Below are positions 12,269 through 25,700 of a DNA stretch of 64,000 nucleotides, piece by piece (positions within the stretch are counted from its first letter, which is position 1; the number at the start of each line of letters is the position of its first letter). The DNA is from Haliotis rufescens. Taxonomy: Eukaryota. A program made the translations under genes and the position numbers. The stretch covers positions 73,966,001-74,030,000 of the forward strand of contig NW_025963890.1 in assembly GCF_023055435.1 (NCBI RefSeq). Reading direction: 5' to 3'. A model generated the notes under the pieces. It had not been told where the DNA came from. It was given only the letters and a program-made list of their open reading frames with translations, and did no database searches.

Positions 12269-13317
12269 CGTGTAAACCTATGACAGAAATAGCATTTCAT
12301 TTGTATTGGTAGAATGAGGACTAACCCTAAATTCTCTGTCAATCTCTTCATATAACGTATAGCCTTTTATGATGTATGGCTATTGTTAGCAATGAGACAA
12401 ACCAACCCGGTAAATTTAGTATCTTGGTCTGATAAATATGCAAATGAGCTCGCTTAGCAGGAACTACTTTCAAGATCAATACATCGCTGCAATGGCCTCC
12501 TCCTGTGTAAAGTATTGACTAACGTCCTGATGTTTAGATAGGGTTTTCGCAATGTGTTGCTGTGTTTCTGCAGACATGGATGCAATTAATTTGGCACCAT
12601 ATGATAAACTTGGAGGTTCTTTCAGACATTGTATTTATACACCTTTTTCAGAAGCTTCACATATCCTTACTTCGATATATTCTCTTCCTTGCTGTTTAAC
12701 ATTGTACTTTTATGATAATGGTGAACCTGTCTCAACTCCTGTGGGACGGAACGTTTAGTCTGGTTTAGACAGAGGTCTGGATCAGTGAGGTATGGCTGGG
12801 GATAAAGTAACAGGAAATAAAGAATGGTTGAAAGATATTATCGTAGCAAATTCAGAATTACATTTGAAGGTTTTATTATTTCTGTCAGCTCTTCAATTTG
12901 TTCATTCATTTCTCAGAACAAGAAGTAAAAATGTTCATTTCTTCAGAATGTCTTGTGAACGATTTATTTTAGTGTTTGCTAAAACTGGGAACAGGTTATT
13001 TTTCCAGCATTTTAGGGAACAGACTATTTTGGTGTGTTTGTGTGTGTGTTACTTTGTAAGTGTGTGGTGTGGTGTGGTGTGGTGTGGTGTGGCGTGGTGT
13101 GGTGTGGTGTGGTGTGGTGTGGTGTGGTGTGGTGTGGTGTGTGTTCTTGTACTAGTCCGGACTAATGCCGATTTATAGTGCTAGCTCACTGAGATACCAT
13201 ACCGCAGTTTAACATAAATACTCAATTCAATTCAATTCAATTCGGTTTATTTTCGTAAGTGTAGGCCATCGGCCCATAGTTACATTTGTATTACAATGGA
13301 CGTGATGTACACAGCTG

Positions 13318-16300
13318 TTATTGTTGTGGCAATAATGTACTACGAAGTGACATCGCTTGATAGATATAGATAGCTAGACGTTCAATTAATTTACAATCAG
13401 TTGTAGACATAATGATATTAAATTTTTGTATGGTCGGATATTCATAAAATGTCTGTGGTAAGTGATCCATGCGTATCTTGTTATAACCGGGGCAAACTAA
13501 CAAAAAATGAAACTCGTCCTCCACATACCCAGCATTACAAACACAACATAGTCTTCTGTTACGTGGGATATCAGCATATCTCCCAGTTTCAACACACAGC
13601 TGATGCAAAAAACATCTAAATCGAGCTAGCGCCACTCTCAGTTTACTGACGGTCATACAGCTAAGATACAACTCTGTACCAAACGATACCTTGAATAGAG
13701 AATACGAGAAAGATTTACTACCCTTTACCAGAAGACTATGCCAATCCTGTTCATAACTACATTTCAGACGCGACATAAATTCTGTCAAAAACGAATGAGG
13801 ATGACTAAAACACTGGTTTTCCCATACAGAGCCAAAACCCAAACGGAACAATAAAAATTTACATTTTGATACCCAATTAATTTTACCATTACTTTCTGCC
13901 TGAAGCATCATATTATAACATTTCTTTGGAAAGCGACAATCGCACATACTCAATAACCTTATCCAATAACCAATAACTCTTTTGTATGCATTAATATATA
14001 ATGGATACCGCCCACATTCACCTCGAACCATGTTGTTGGGTGTTGACGATTTGACACCTAGAAAGCGCTTGCATGCCAATGTATGTATAGTTTCCATTTC
14101 ATCATTCTGGTGTAGACCCCAGACTTCGGAACCATAGAGCAAAATTGGGACTATTTTCATATCAAATATTTTAAAATATAAGTCATATCGAAGAGGATGT
14201 ATTTTTATCAATGACTTTAAAATTCCAAACATTGCTTTTTTCCCCTGTAGACCAGCATTAGAAAAATGACTTGACCAGGACAGACTTCTCGTAAAAGTAA
14301 CGCCCAAATATTTACAGGAGGACACACACTCCAACTTTAGACCTTTATAGTACCAAATCTCTTTTCTTGACAACACTCCGCCTTTCTTAAAAACAACCAC
14401 CTTGGTTTTATCCAAATTGACATCTAGATCATAATCATTACAATATTTTTCTAGAACATCAATACGCTTCTGAAGTCCACCTATAGTATCTGCGATTAAA
14501 ATAATATCGTCTGCAAATAATAACAGGAATATCTCTGTAATATCAGGATGAAGTTGTATTCCTGGTCCAGAATTCTGTTCAACTTCAGCAGCTAGTTCGT
14601 TAATAAACATCGAGAATAAAAGGGGGCTTAACACACAACCCTGACGTACTCCTCTTGGACACTGAAACATTTCAGAAAATGTATGTTTAAATTTAACACT
14701 GGCCTTAACAGCTGTATAAATAGACCGTATAGCTTTTATCATTTTGCCAGCGACACCTTTATTAGCTAGCACTGACCATAATTTCATCCGGTTTACACTG
14801 TCGAAGGCTTTTGCAAAATCGACAAACAAACCACATACCCTACCCTTACGCTTACTAATATATCTCTGGATAATACACTGTAATATAAAGATATTATCTA
14901 TGGTGGAGTAATCATGACGAAAACCAGCCTGGGACTCTGCAATTTTACCATAGACCTCACACCAAGACGTGACCCTTCTGTTCAAAATAGAAACATACAA
15001 CTTACTCAGTGCACTAAGGACTGATATACCCCTATAGTTGGATGGGGAATGGATGTCTCCTCGCTTATGTATCGGAACAATAATTCCCAAAGACTAAGAT
15101 TCAGGAAAGTATGCATTATCAAACAAATTATTAAACAACACTGTAAGATACGGGACAAAAATATCATTCGCATATTTAAAAAATTCTGAAATGAGGTGGT
15201 CATTTCCTCCGGATTTATCAATTTTCAAAGAGTTGATAGCACAAAGCACCTCCTCTTGTGAAATGGGGGAGTCCAGAATATAGCAACTCATATCATCATG
15301 ACGTGTCGGTGTTAACCATATCTTCAGCTCTCGGATTGTCAAACACATCTTTAAAATGATCGACCCATTGTTCTAGTGATATGTTAGGTACACGAGTTGC
15401 CGTACTCTTATGGTAGACCAGAAACATTTACTATTTGGAAGACTAGATAAAACCTTATTACGCATATATTCATTATAACTTTTCTTTTTATCACGTAATA
15501 AACTTGTATAAGTATTTCTTGATTTTAAATAACTAACTAAGGTGCTATCACTTTTAAGATGCCTATATATTCTGAGACACCTCTCTCTCTCCCACCTGTA
15601 GTACCGACACACGCTATCAAACCAGGGTTGTGTGTGACTGTCGCGAGACTTACAAGTCCTTTTCATGCACTGAGCAGCTGTACAAATGGCGTCCGTGAAT
15701 GAGTTAATAGCACCATCTATATTATCTGGTAGTAACAGAGTACATTGTTCAAAACAATCAGCCACATGTGGCAGTACAAGATTATCCCTGAACTGTTGTA
15801 GTTTCGCCATGTCCCACACATAGTGGTAGTTTTCACGAGGCGCACGTGCGGCCCCTGCTGTCACAACGGGAATCTCCAGGTCACGTTCTTGAAATGAACA
15901 AGATAGTGGAAGGTGTGATGATTCTGCCCTGGACACAATATCAAATGTATAACAGAGGAAGAATAGACTGTTGGATACAATAATGTAGTCTATTACACTG
16001 GAGCCTGAGTGACCGATGTAAGTATAATCACCTATACCTAAATCCGTACCACAGCGACCATTTAGAATAGACATATCGAGAGCGGCACACATATTGACAA
16101 GATGTTTTCCGGCATTGTTTATAATGTTATCACATGACGCTCTATCTATGTTGATACTATCGGACATAACTGACATATTCTCGTCACCTAAAACCTCGGC
16201 GATATCATCATCAATATGATCAGACAGTGTCCCAGTCCGGGCGTTGAAATCCCCGCCTATGAGGATGTGTATATCTCTGTTTAGTGACCCAATAACTTCT

Positions 16301-16720
16301 ATAAGTGAGTTGAAGAATAAAGTCAAACCACACTTAGTTTGTCTGTTATTAAACCAACTTGATCCTGGTGGGTTGACATATACACAGCAAATAAGAATGT
16401 CTTTCTCAAGATTAAATGCACTTTTATCGAAAAGTAAAAATATAGCATTATCTGCAATTCTGGACAATTTCACATAGACACTGATGGATTTTTTCACAAT
16501 CACGGTTAAACCTCCCTAGAATCGTCCTCTGTCTGCTGTTTTAATTGCATTTAGGCTGTAGGCTGTAAAGTTGTGGAATATCTGGTCATAAGGAAAGTCA
16601 ATTGTCCATGTCTCTATTAATCCAACAAGATCTGCATTAGATAAAAAGTTTATAAAGTTTACGTCGGAAACTTTATTTACTAAACCAGATATATTCCAGA
16701 AGAGAAGCTTAGTAGATAAT
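13318..16720 (-). pseudogene. LINE ORF2 (APE endonuclease + reverse transcriptase + C-terminal Zn knuckle), broken into several ORFs
   Basis: WNISGL, GLIETW, GDFNARTG, SSVIDY, SSHLP (APE); NYRGIS, QAGFR, DFAKAFD, GVRQGCVLSPLLF, LLFADD, KYLG (RT); CCVC...EDEFHFLLVC. Split by stops or frameshifts near 16517, 15373-15420 and 15094. Confidence 0.9.
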
Positions 16721-16767
16721 ACTTGTTTTGGACATCGACGAGAATTTGCTTGGACTGGACCACACCC

Positions 16768-17796
16768 CTATTTGCCAGCACTGGCCGTGTTATGACCACC
16801 TTGCTCAGCATCATCAGATCTCTCACCACTGTATGCAGCATATGCTGTGTCTTGGTTGGAGTCAGTAACAATAAGTACGCCATTCTTGAAGTATCCTCGT
16901 TTGTTTTGTACACGTAGTTCTTGTAGCTTATTCCGCTGTCTCTGTGTGAGATCGCTGGCGATTCCATACCCTGAACTTTTGATGTCACTACGTCGACTAA
17001 GGGAACATATTTTCCAGTCGATAGTGAGGAATTTGATAATAATTGGCCTTGGCCGCTTTGAATGTGAAGAACGATGCCCAAGTCTGTGAGCTTCGGCAAT
17101 GTCATGTGGACGTATCTCAACGATGTCATCTGTTGTATTACCTGAGTTTAGAATGTCACAAACAACATCTTTACAACCAGTTTTGTTTTCGTCACTGTTT
17201 TCCGAAACTCCAAATAACAAAACATTGTTCTTTCTGCTATAGTGTTCTAGTCTTTCTACTTCGTTCTGTAGCTGTATAACTGTAGCTGTGGGTTCTGCAG
17301 GTGTACTGTGAGTCTGCTCTATTTGGTCCAAACGTTCGTTTACTGCCTCAATATCTAAACGTACTATAGCCTGTTCACCCTTTAGGTCTTCCATATTTCG
17401 CTTAATATCTTCCACGGTAGCACTGAGTTTGCGAGTTTGGGTTTTAATGTCCCTAATATCACGTGCAAGCTCACTTTTCATTGAACGAAGTTCCTGTATA
17501 ATCTCTGATTTTGACGCAGTAAGTTCAGAACTGTCAAAACCTTTACCATTAGGTCCAGGATTTGTTTCCACGTCCCCCGAAAGTAGAATATTATCCCAGC
17601 AGGTACTGATGATACAGCTCGCGTTGTACATACATGTCAGTAACACCCATGTAGCAAGGACCCGATAGCCCACATCAACATACGGCGACCAATTCGAGTA
17701 AGGGGAGTAGGGCTCAAGATGGCCGATTTGACGAGTCCCTCGTGGTTGAGAGAAATTACCAATTCTCGCCCTCCAGAGTTCCAAACAGATGCCCAT
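16768..17796 (-). CDS. LINE ORF1 (2A-like motif, coiled coil, RRM-like domain)
   Basis: MGICLELWRARIG...LLSGDVETNPGP, then a heptad-rich segment, then LEHYSRKNNVLLFGVSEN, AHRLG and PRPIIIKF, typical ORF1 motifs. Confidence 0.8.
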   Translation of the reverse strand: MGICLELWRARIGNFSQPRGTRQIGHLEPYSPYSNWSPYVDVGYRVLATWVLLTCMYNASCIISTCWDNILLSGDVETNPGPNGKGFDSSELTASKSEIIQELRSMKSELARDIRDIKTQTRKLSATVEDIKRNMEDLKGEQAIVRLDIEAVNERLDQIEQTHSTPAEPTATVIQLQNEVERLEHYSRKNNVLLFGVSENSDENKTGCKDVVCDILNSGNTTDDIVEIRPHDIAEAHRLGHRSSHSKRPRPIIIKFLTIDWKICSLSRRSDIKSSGYGIASDLTQRQRNKLQELRVQNKRGYFKNGVLIVTDSNQDTAYAAYSGERSDDAEQGGHNTASAGK

Positions 17797-18099
17797 TCTA
17801 CAGCTGAACTGTTCAGCAACTTTGTGGAAACCAATTTGTATTGTTTGTTGTATACTATAATACTCAGACACAATAGACTCCGAGCCGTGTGTGTGTGTGT
17901 GTGTGTGTGTGTCGGCGCGTGCGTGCGTGTGTGTGTGTGTGTGTCTCATTGGTAATGGATTTGATTTACGTCAGGCTCTTTTTGATAGGTGGGTGAGTGG
18001 GCGCGAGCATGGTTTTACGCGGCAATATCACGACTGTTACACCAAAAGTAGGATTTACACATCGTACCTATGTGTGGAATGGAACCCAGGCCTTCAGGG

Positions 18100-18305
18100 T
18101 GACGAACGAGGCGACTAATGGTATTGGGTGGTCAGGCTCGCTGACATGGTTGAAACATGTCGTCGTATCCCAGGTGCGTGGATTGATGCTCATGATGTCA
18201 ATCACTGGATTGGCTGGGCCATACTCCATTATTTATAGACCGCCGTCATATAGCTGGAATATTGCTTAGTACGGCGTTAAACAAACAAACAAACAAACAA
18301 ACAAA
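18100..18305 (+). mobile_element. SINE-like interspersed repeat, family D; other copies at ~37460-37640 (-), 40655-40920 (+), 50635-50850 (-), 58020-58260 (+), 63200-63460 (+)
   Basis: Shared GGTCAGGCTCGCTGAC...CCAGACTCGATTATTTACAGACCGCCGTCATATAGCTGGAATATTGCT core and an (AAAC)n tail. Confidence 0.75.
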
Positions 18306-18469
18306 CATAATTCACATTCCCCACCAGTCACTGATTAACATAATTATGAGATGATAGTGCTATTATGATTATTGTGTCAACACTGTAGGCACTGTTCGTG
18401 GAAATTTTCAAACATGTATGAAACATACCTGGAATATTCTGTCGATGAGTATCGCTGCCACACCTAGTC

Positions 18470-18486
18470 AAAACGAAAGTGAAAGT
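18470..18486 (+). promoter_or_regulatory. ISRE / IRF-binding consensus
   Basis: AAAACGAAAGTGAAAGT matches GAAANNGAAA. It lies ~45 bp upstream (minus-strand sense) of a candidate donor CAG|GTATGT at 18428 that could end a non-coding first exon of the HECT-like gene. Confidence 0.5.
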
Positions 18487-18896
18487 AGCTTTAATAACGA
18501 TCAATAGTTACCTCACACGTGGGTTTGCCAGCCACTACATGAATAGCGGGTTGATACCAGAGGACAATTAAGTTTTCCGCATGCTTCAATATGACAGTGT
18601 CTGTCTGAACCTTTCCTCATATTTTGCTTGGCTTATAAATTGAATTGCTTAAATTGCTTCTCAGATTTTTGAAATATATTTTTAGTACGGTATTTAATTA
18701 ATTCTATTCATCTGTAACTGGGAATATTGTTGGTGAATTGCATTTATTCAGTCACCGTTTTAATTCTTTAGTAGGTGTCCAGCATGTACAGCGAACAATT
18801 AAATTTGATTTGGCTGTTAGTTCTGAGGCAATTTATTTCTCAGATAGAAATGACTTAAGGTGGATGTTCACTGTATGGACACCATCTTCTAGGTTT

Positions 18897-19067
18897 ATGA
18901 GTGAGTGAGTGAGTATGGTTTTACGCCGCTTTTAGCAATATTCCAGCAATATCACGGCGGGGGACACCAGAAATGGGCTTCACACATTGTACCCATGTCG
19001 GGAATCGAACCCGGGTCTTCGGCGTGACGAGCGAACGCTTTAACCACTAGGCTACCCGACCGCCCCT
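18897..19067 (-). mobile_element. tRNA-derived SINE family A with target-site duplication
   Basis: Full copy flanked by TAGGTTTATG direct repeats. Confidence 0.88.
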
Positions 19068-20238
19068 TTAGGTTTATGTCTCCATAATTGTAACAAAAAT
19101 TGAAGTCAGTTCTTAAATAGCTGTACTATATGTAATTTTAAGAAAACTAAATTCGTATTTCCTTTGACAACTGACAAAGATCCTTTCAAGTAGGAAAGTA
19201 CTGACACCCAGGTACACATACAAAACACTTTCTGTCACACTTTTTCAAGGTCTGTGTTCTGACATGATCAAAAACGTAAGTTTGGCCAAAATGAGTTAAA
19301 CGTTTTGGCTAGTGATACAGGGCGTAGAAGGCTTCGAATCGCCCTCGTCCCGTTCGTATATCGGTACATCCAGCCTTCTAGAAACTGCTACCTCGCGGAT
19401 CCAATGAACAATCAAGTGACCCCGGAAGTGTATCTACAACGATTCCCACTATATCATGAGCATGTGTTTATGCATGTCACTATCCAATAGTTATGGTACC
19501 AGGACTGGTGTTCGCAAAAAGGTTAGTGCATCCTGCCCCACCGGTGATACCCAGCACAAACACATGCAAAGGCAAGTCAATTGTTCTTATATTTTTTTAT
19601 ATCACTATTTTTTACCTCTTTCATACAATGTTTGGCCCTCACTCTACGTAGGTCCATACTGCAATGAACTCACACAGAGTGAAAGTGAATAAAGTAGTTC
19701 CTCAAAAAGAGAGGTGACGTGAGCGTATGTATGCTCAACTTGCTCTACAGGAACATCTGTCGAAGTTTGTTTAAAACAAATTTATTCAAATAATATCCAC
19801 ATTGGATGAGAAAGATGTGTTAACAACTACCTCAGTAAGTCATTCACAATGACAGCGCGTCGAAATATTAGTACATCAACTACAAGACGTCAAAAATGGC
19901 CGACACGATAAACGTGACGGGAGAGATTTCTGTTGTTCATGAACCTGTGGTGGTTACATATGTTGGTCATCACTGATCAAACGGCCTACCATTGAAAGGT
20001 GATTATAAAGATGTGACACAAAGGTAAATTCATAGATTTAGTCCAGACAGGGATCGAGTCGATACTACGATAGTTTGATATGTGCATTTCTTCGTTTTGT
20101 TGATATGTTTTGTATGATATTCGCGGACAACCATGCTGTCAAACTCTCTGACGTTTCTCAGTGTATGCTAAAACGCTTAGTTGAAGAATTACATGGTCTA
20201 AATGATCAGAAACAACGTTTCTGTGTGTATTCGTGCTA

Positions 20239-20258
20239 GGGAATTCCCGGGATTTCCC
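20239..20258. promoter_or_regulatory. Two abutting NF-kB consensus sites
   Basis: GGGAATTCCC is immediately followed by GGGATTTCCC; both fit GGGRNWYYCC. Confidence 0.55.
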
Positions 20259-20969
20259 CTGGAATGTGTCAGTAGTCAGTCAGTGTTTACGTCATTTCAA
20301 GAATACGGTCTTGTGAGAAACATAAGTCAAATTTGCGGTCATGTGACCGACCTCTCGTCCAAATGGAAAAGCCATATATAGTGTAAACATTTCATTAACA
20401 AATTCAAATTTTGTATATAATTTTCGCCATAAGTGAAATAATTTTGAAAAACCCAGGTTCCCCTCACTACCGCATCAACATGAAGATAAGGCCGTCACTG
20501 TAACTGCATCAACATGAAGATAAGGCCGTCACTGTAACTGCATTAACAACAGTTTTGGATTTGGCTACCTCCTTCATTTAAACTTTGTTTGCAATGCTCG
20601 ATTGTAACTATGGATATGTATTGACACTGTCTATTTTGCAGCTTATAATAGCTGATTGTACAGCATATATGTCTGACTGAATGAAACTGCATTAGAAAGG
20701 TGAAAGCGTTATATAATACGTCGCTGTAGATGTTCTTGGATGGACTGAACTGTTAAAAGCGAAAGTGTCCCTAGACTACTCACTAAAGTAAATAGACTGA
20801 TCAACAATGTTCAGCCGGGTACCTCAGAAAACATCATAAGAAGGCTTTGTATACATTATAAGACGGCTTGTATTGACACTGGTCATTTTGCAGCTCATAC
20901 TATGATACTGAATGTACACCATTCTCGTACAAGCCTTAATGTTCCTTGCCTGGTGTGTATCTCACCATT

Positions 20970-21127
20970 AGTGAGTATGGTTTTACGCCGTTTTTAGCAA
21001 TATTCCAGCAATATCACGGCGGGGGACACCAGATATGGGCTTCACACATTGTACCCATGTCGGGAATCGAACCCGGGTCTTCGGCGTGACGAGCGAACGC
21101 TTTAACCACTAGGCTACCCGACCGCCC
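20970..21127 (-). mobile_element. tRNA-derived SINE family A
   Basis: Full copy, flanked by GTGTATCTCAC direct repeats. Confidence 0.85.
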
Positions 21128-21890
21128 GTGTATCTCACTGACTCCTATCACAGTGTATCTCGCTTTGTTGATGATATCATACCATGCGTTCTGAGAGAAA
21201 TACAATAATATGTGTAGGACGTTAAGCTTGAATGTTGTTTTATGCCATAGTCATCACACCTGTCAATAATTGGGCCTTGGCAAGGCAAAGCAGTGACTGG
21301 AAAAGTGAACAACTCTCCACGTAATCGGATGGATAAATGGATGGATGGATATGGAATATTTATCAAGTTGCACTAATATTTTCAGTATCAGAATCCCGAA
21401 TTATACAACGTCTCATTCCATATCAGCACAATGATCACGATTGAATGAAAAGTAGTAACGGCTGAGTCATTTATAGAAAAACTGCAATTCATAAGAACGT
21501 TAGAGAACATTTAATACCCTCTCTCCGGCTTCCATAATGGGTAAAATATGTCTGTATTGACAGTGTCTGTTTGGCAGCTCGTAATAACGTACAGCATTCC
21601 TCTGGCAATACGTTACTGCATAAGAGAGGTGATGGTGTTATATAGCACGTAGCCGTGGAGGTTTAACAAGCAACAAAGGCGACACCTTGGATGAATTCAA
21701 GCGTTGAAAGCGAAAGAAGCCCTGACTGACGAATGTTCAGCTGGGTCAGTGATATACAACCATAAGAAGACATTACACAGTACACCTGAACGATCTGAGT
21801 GAGTGAGTATGGTTTTACGTCGCTTTTTTAAGACACAATGGATGAAGTAAATTGATTTTCATTTATCCTCTCTGTGTGGGTGATGAACAG

Positions 21891-21900
21891 GGGAATTTCC
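21891..21900 (+). promoter_or_regulatory. NF-kB consensus upstream of cGLR-B (same site at 29783-29792 upstream of cGLR-C)
   Basis: GGGAATTTCC ~0.8 kb upstream of each ATG. Confidence 0.45.
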
Positions 21901-22708
21901 ACGAAATATTGATTGACTGCTGTTGGCGGAACCTTTAAACGTGTTTGTACCTGGAAATATAAGGTGAAAAAATGCTGGTATTTCAGGTGAGCGTTGTATG
22001 TTTGTTTGTTATTGTACACATTAATCAGCAACATAGTAATTGGGTTGAATTCTGAATTGTCTGAAGTTATATTGCTGAAATGATTCCTTCTTTTAACTGA
22101 CCCGATCGTTATATTCTTGTCAACAGATCATGTTAGTCTCCTTTAGCGACAATCAATAGGGTGCTTGGGATGTATACTTACCTGGAGCAAAGTTTTAACA
22201 TTAGTTGGACGCACTTTATATTTAATAGTATGTCAGCCATATCACAGTGCCCGGTCACCCTTGTCTTCTCGTATGACAAGTAATAGTGTGCAGGGAACCT
22301 AATGAACCTGAGATCATAGATTGGTTAAACTTGCGATTTGAGTTTTGTAGGAATACATGTTAGGTATTACCCAAACCTATTTTTAGTGGCAGGTGACTGG
22401 CTTTATCTGTATGCTATTTCATAGAAGCGGAAATTGTGCTCCACTCAATTGTGCGGGTCGGTTGTGCAAGTGAGTCGGGGTTTCCGCTTGGGTTGGCAGT
22501 GTCAGGGCGAGGTAATTTAGCCAAGAGTTTTAAACTTTAACTATCAGATATGTTGTGATAAGCAGCAGACATCAACATCCAATCATCTGTATGCTACTTA
22601 CTATCTATTACCTGGTGTTATCATTTAGCTGTCAAGTTATAATGAGCCATTCAATGTTTATAAACTGTGATATTATTTATCAGTACACCACGGGGAGTTC
22701 TGGCCAAC

Positions 22709-25700
22709 ATGAGTGAGGTCTGCCCCCACTGCGGGGAGGGCTTTCAACGCCTTGCGTCTCACGAGTGGAGGTGCAAGGAGAAGGGAACAGCCGTCCCTGC
22801 TTCCTCCCGCCCCCAGTCTCGTTCATCTGGGAGGTCCAGTACAAAATCAGCCTCAGCAAGGAATAGTGCTGGGCGATATACCACACCATCAGCCTCAGTA
22901 GGGAAGAGTGCTGAGAGATCTACCACACCATCAGTCTCAGTAGGGAAGAGTGCTGAGCGATCTACCACACCATCAGCCTCAGTGGGGAATAGTGCTGAGA
23001 GATCTACCACACCATCAGTCTCAGTAGGGAAGAGTGCTGAGCGATCTACCACACCATCAGCCTCAGTGGGGAATAGTGCTGGGCGATATACTACACCATC
23101 AGCCTCAGTGGGGAAGAGTGCTAAGAGATCTACCAACTCATCAGCCTCAGCAGGGAAGAATGCTGAGAGATCTACCACCTCATCAGCCTCAGCGGGGAAG
23201 AGTGCTGAGAGATCTACCACCTCATCAGCCTCAGCAGGGAAGAGTGCTGGGCGATCAACCACATCATCAGCCTCAGCAGGGAAGAGTGCTGGGGGATCTA
23301 CCACACCATCAGCCTCAGCGGGGAAGAGTGCTGAGAGATCTACCACGCCATCAGCCTCAGCGGGGAAAAGTGCTGGGCGATCAACCACATCATCAGCCTC
23401 AGCGGGGAAGAGTGCTGGGGGATCTACCACACCATCAGCCTCAGCGGGGAAGAGTGCTGAGAGATCTACCACCTCATCAGCCTCAGCGGGGAAGAGTGCT
23501 GAGAGATCAACCACCTCATCAGCCTCAGCAGGGAAGAGTGCTGGGGGATCTACCACACCATCAACTTCAGCAGGTAACGGTGCTTGGCGATCTACCACGC
23601 CATCAGCCTCAGCGGGGAACATCGCTGGGCGATCTACCACACCATCAGCCTCAGCGGGGAACAGTGTTGGGCAATCTACCACACCATCAGCCTCAGCAGG
23701 TAAAGGTGCAGGTGCTGGGCCATCTACCACGCCATCAGCCTCAGCTGGGGGGAATAGTGCTGGGCGAACTACCACATCATCAGCCTCAGCGGGTAACACT
23801 GCAGGTGCAAGGAATGGCTACGTTTGTTCCAGAGATGCAGAAACAGAACAAACACAGATATGGGAAACTACTATTCAAACAACGCGCCCAAAGGACATAC
23901 CACAAAAGGACATCCTGGACACGTTGGAGATGGATGCATTGGTCAAAGAGATGGTAGAGAGAAACATCATTTGGAACTCTGACGATCCAAAAAAGGACAT
24001 CAAAAGGTTTTTTGAAAATGAAGTTAAGATGGAGCAGAGGGACATCCAGCCGGCGTTAGTGCACTTTAAGTGGTTGAGGGAAAAGATTGTTGGACGATTA
24101 AACAGTGAGATGAACTTTGGGACATGGAAGGTTTGCAATGCAGGGTCGCATTTCGATGGAACTAAGGTAAGAATATGATCATTGCAATATAAGGTTTTGT
24201 TTCCTAAAGTTATTACAAATCTTGTTTGTCATACATTTGGGAATTCTAATATTTTTAACACGTGACGTAAGAACACTGACATAAAAAAATAGATTTATGA
24301 GTCACATCCTTCTCCAGGTGGCTCGACCAAATGAAATGGACTGCACAATGTTCCCAATTCTTCAGACCAAACTTGAGGCTGTGTTTGATGACACCTGCGA
24401 AGCTGGAACCTGCAAGGTGAAGGTCGTCGGTGTCGTGGATGACCACGAAAAGGATCTCGAGCTATTCCTTGATGGAGGCTATGTTAACTTTAAAAAGTTC
24501 AGGAAATACGTCTTTGAGAAACTTGAACGTGTTCTTGAGACTGATAGAAAGTTAAAGGGTTCGTTGATTTATGTTACATCTTCAAGTTCATAAATGTCTG
24601 TCAGTATGATGGACGGTTGTATAAATCTATTGTTTACGAGACGCAACATCAATTTATAAACTTGACACATTTGAGGCTGAGATCTCACTACAAGCAGGAA
24701 ACACATATCACTACAGACACGTTTTGTTACAGATGCTCGCAAGTTCAAAGATTCACAGTCTTTTGCAGTCAGGTATGAGGGTATTGCATCTGAGGAAGGG
24801 ATGAAAAGTATTGACATTGACTTTGTGCCATCCTTAAACATTAAACCCTGGCCTAGAAAGAACGTTTCCCGGGACATTGAAGACATCCTCCCGGACAAAG
24901 CTAAAGCTGCATCCATTAAGGAAAACGGATTCAATGTAACACCGAAGCAACAGAATCAAGGTAAGTATTTATGTGCTGAAACATATTTATGCTTCACTAA
25001 ACGTTCAAGGGAGGCGACTGTCTTTCCGTCGAGAGAAAGTACACTTTTTCAGGTGCGTCATTATGTGCTGACGTCATGACGCTGTTCAAATTAGCTCCCC
25101 ATGATCTAACGTATCATTGGAAAATCGTTCTTTCATTACTGTCAAGCAAGGTAGTGCATTGTGAAATAGTTCAAACGTGTCGAATTACTGGACATTATTC
25201 CCAAGGAAGAAATATAGCAAGATGATATGAGCTATCTCTTACGCCACAGGGTTATTCCATGCCACAGCAGCCACAAAGTTGCCCAAGGCGGGTGTTGGTG
25301 ACATTGGAATGTTATGACTGTGTCTGAACATAGGCATGACAGGTTATTGAAGAGCTTCATGACACCATGTAAACCTGTTGCTCAGCGTAGGGCATTTAGC
25401 CAAAATACTGCAGTCAAACAAAACGACCGCTGTTACTCTACCTCTGCCTCTGCCTTGTTCGTCCCATGGCGATATCATGCCCATATCACGCCCCTCGCCT
25501 TCGATTCACGTCGGTTGCGATATCATTAGTGAGTGAGTGAGTATGGGTTTACGCCGCTTTTAGCAATATTCCAGCAATATCACAGCGAGGGACACCAGAA
25601 ATGGGCTTCACACATTGTACCCATGTCGGGAATCGAACCCGGGTCTTTGGCATGAAGAGCGAACGCCTTAACCACTAGGCTACCCGACCGCCCGCGATAT

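Larger units (their letters stand above)
13222..17890 (-). mobile_element. Near full-length non-LTR retrotransposon (CR1/L2-group LINE), decayed
   Basis: ORF1 followed by an APE/RT ORF2. The 3' end has AATAAA and an (ATTGA)n tail at ~13222-13250. It sits against a truncated SINE. Confidence 0.9.

Noticed and set aside
12405-12796. Extra upstream coding exon of the HECT-like gene
   Set aside because: It has plausible splice signals, but stops occur in all three minus-strand frames. At most a UTR or decayed exon.
12792-13178. 128-aa ORF with CGVVW repeats
   Set aside because: Comes from a (GTGTG)n simple repeat and a SINE fragment.
22759-23957. Long alternative-frame and antisense ORFs over the 42-bp repeat (also 30657-31898 and 30806-31846)
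   Set aside because: By-products of a stop-poor repeat whose unit is a multiple of 3. Only the S/T frame connects the finger to the NTase.
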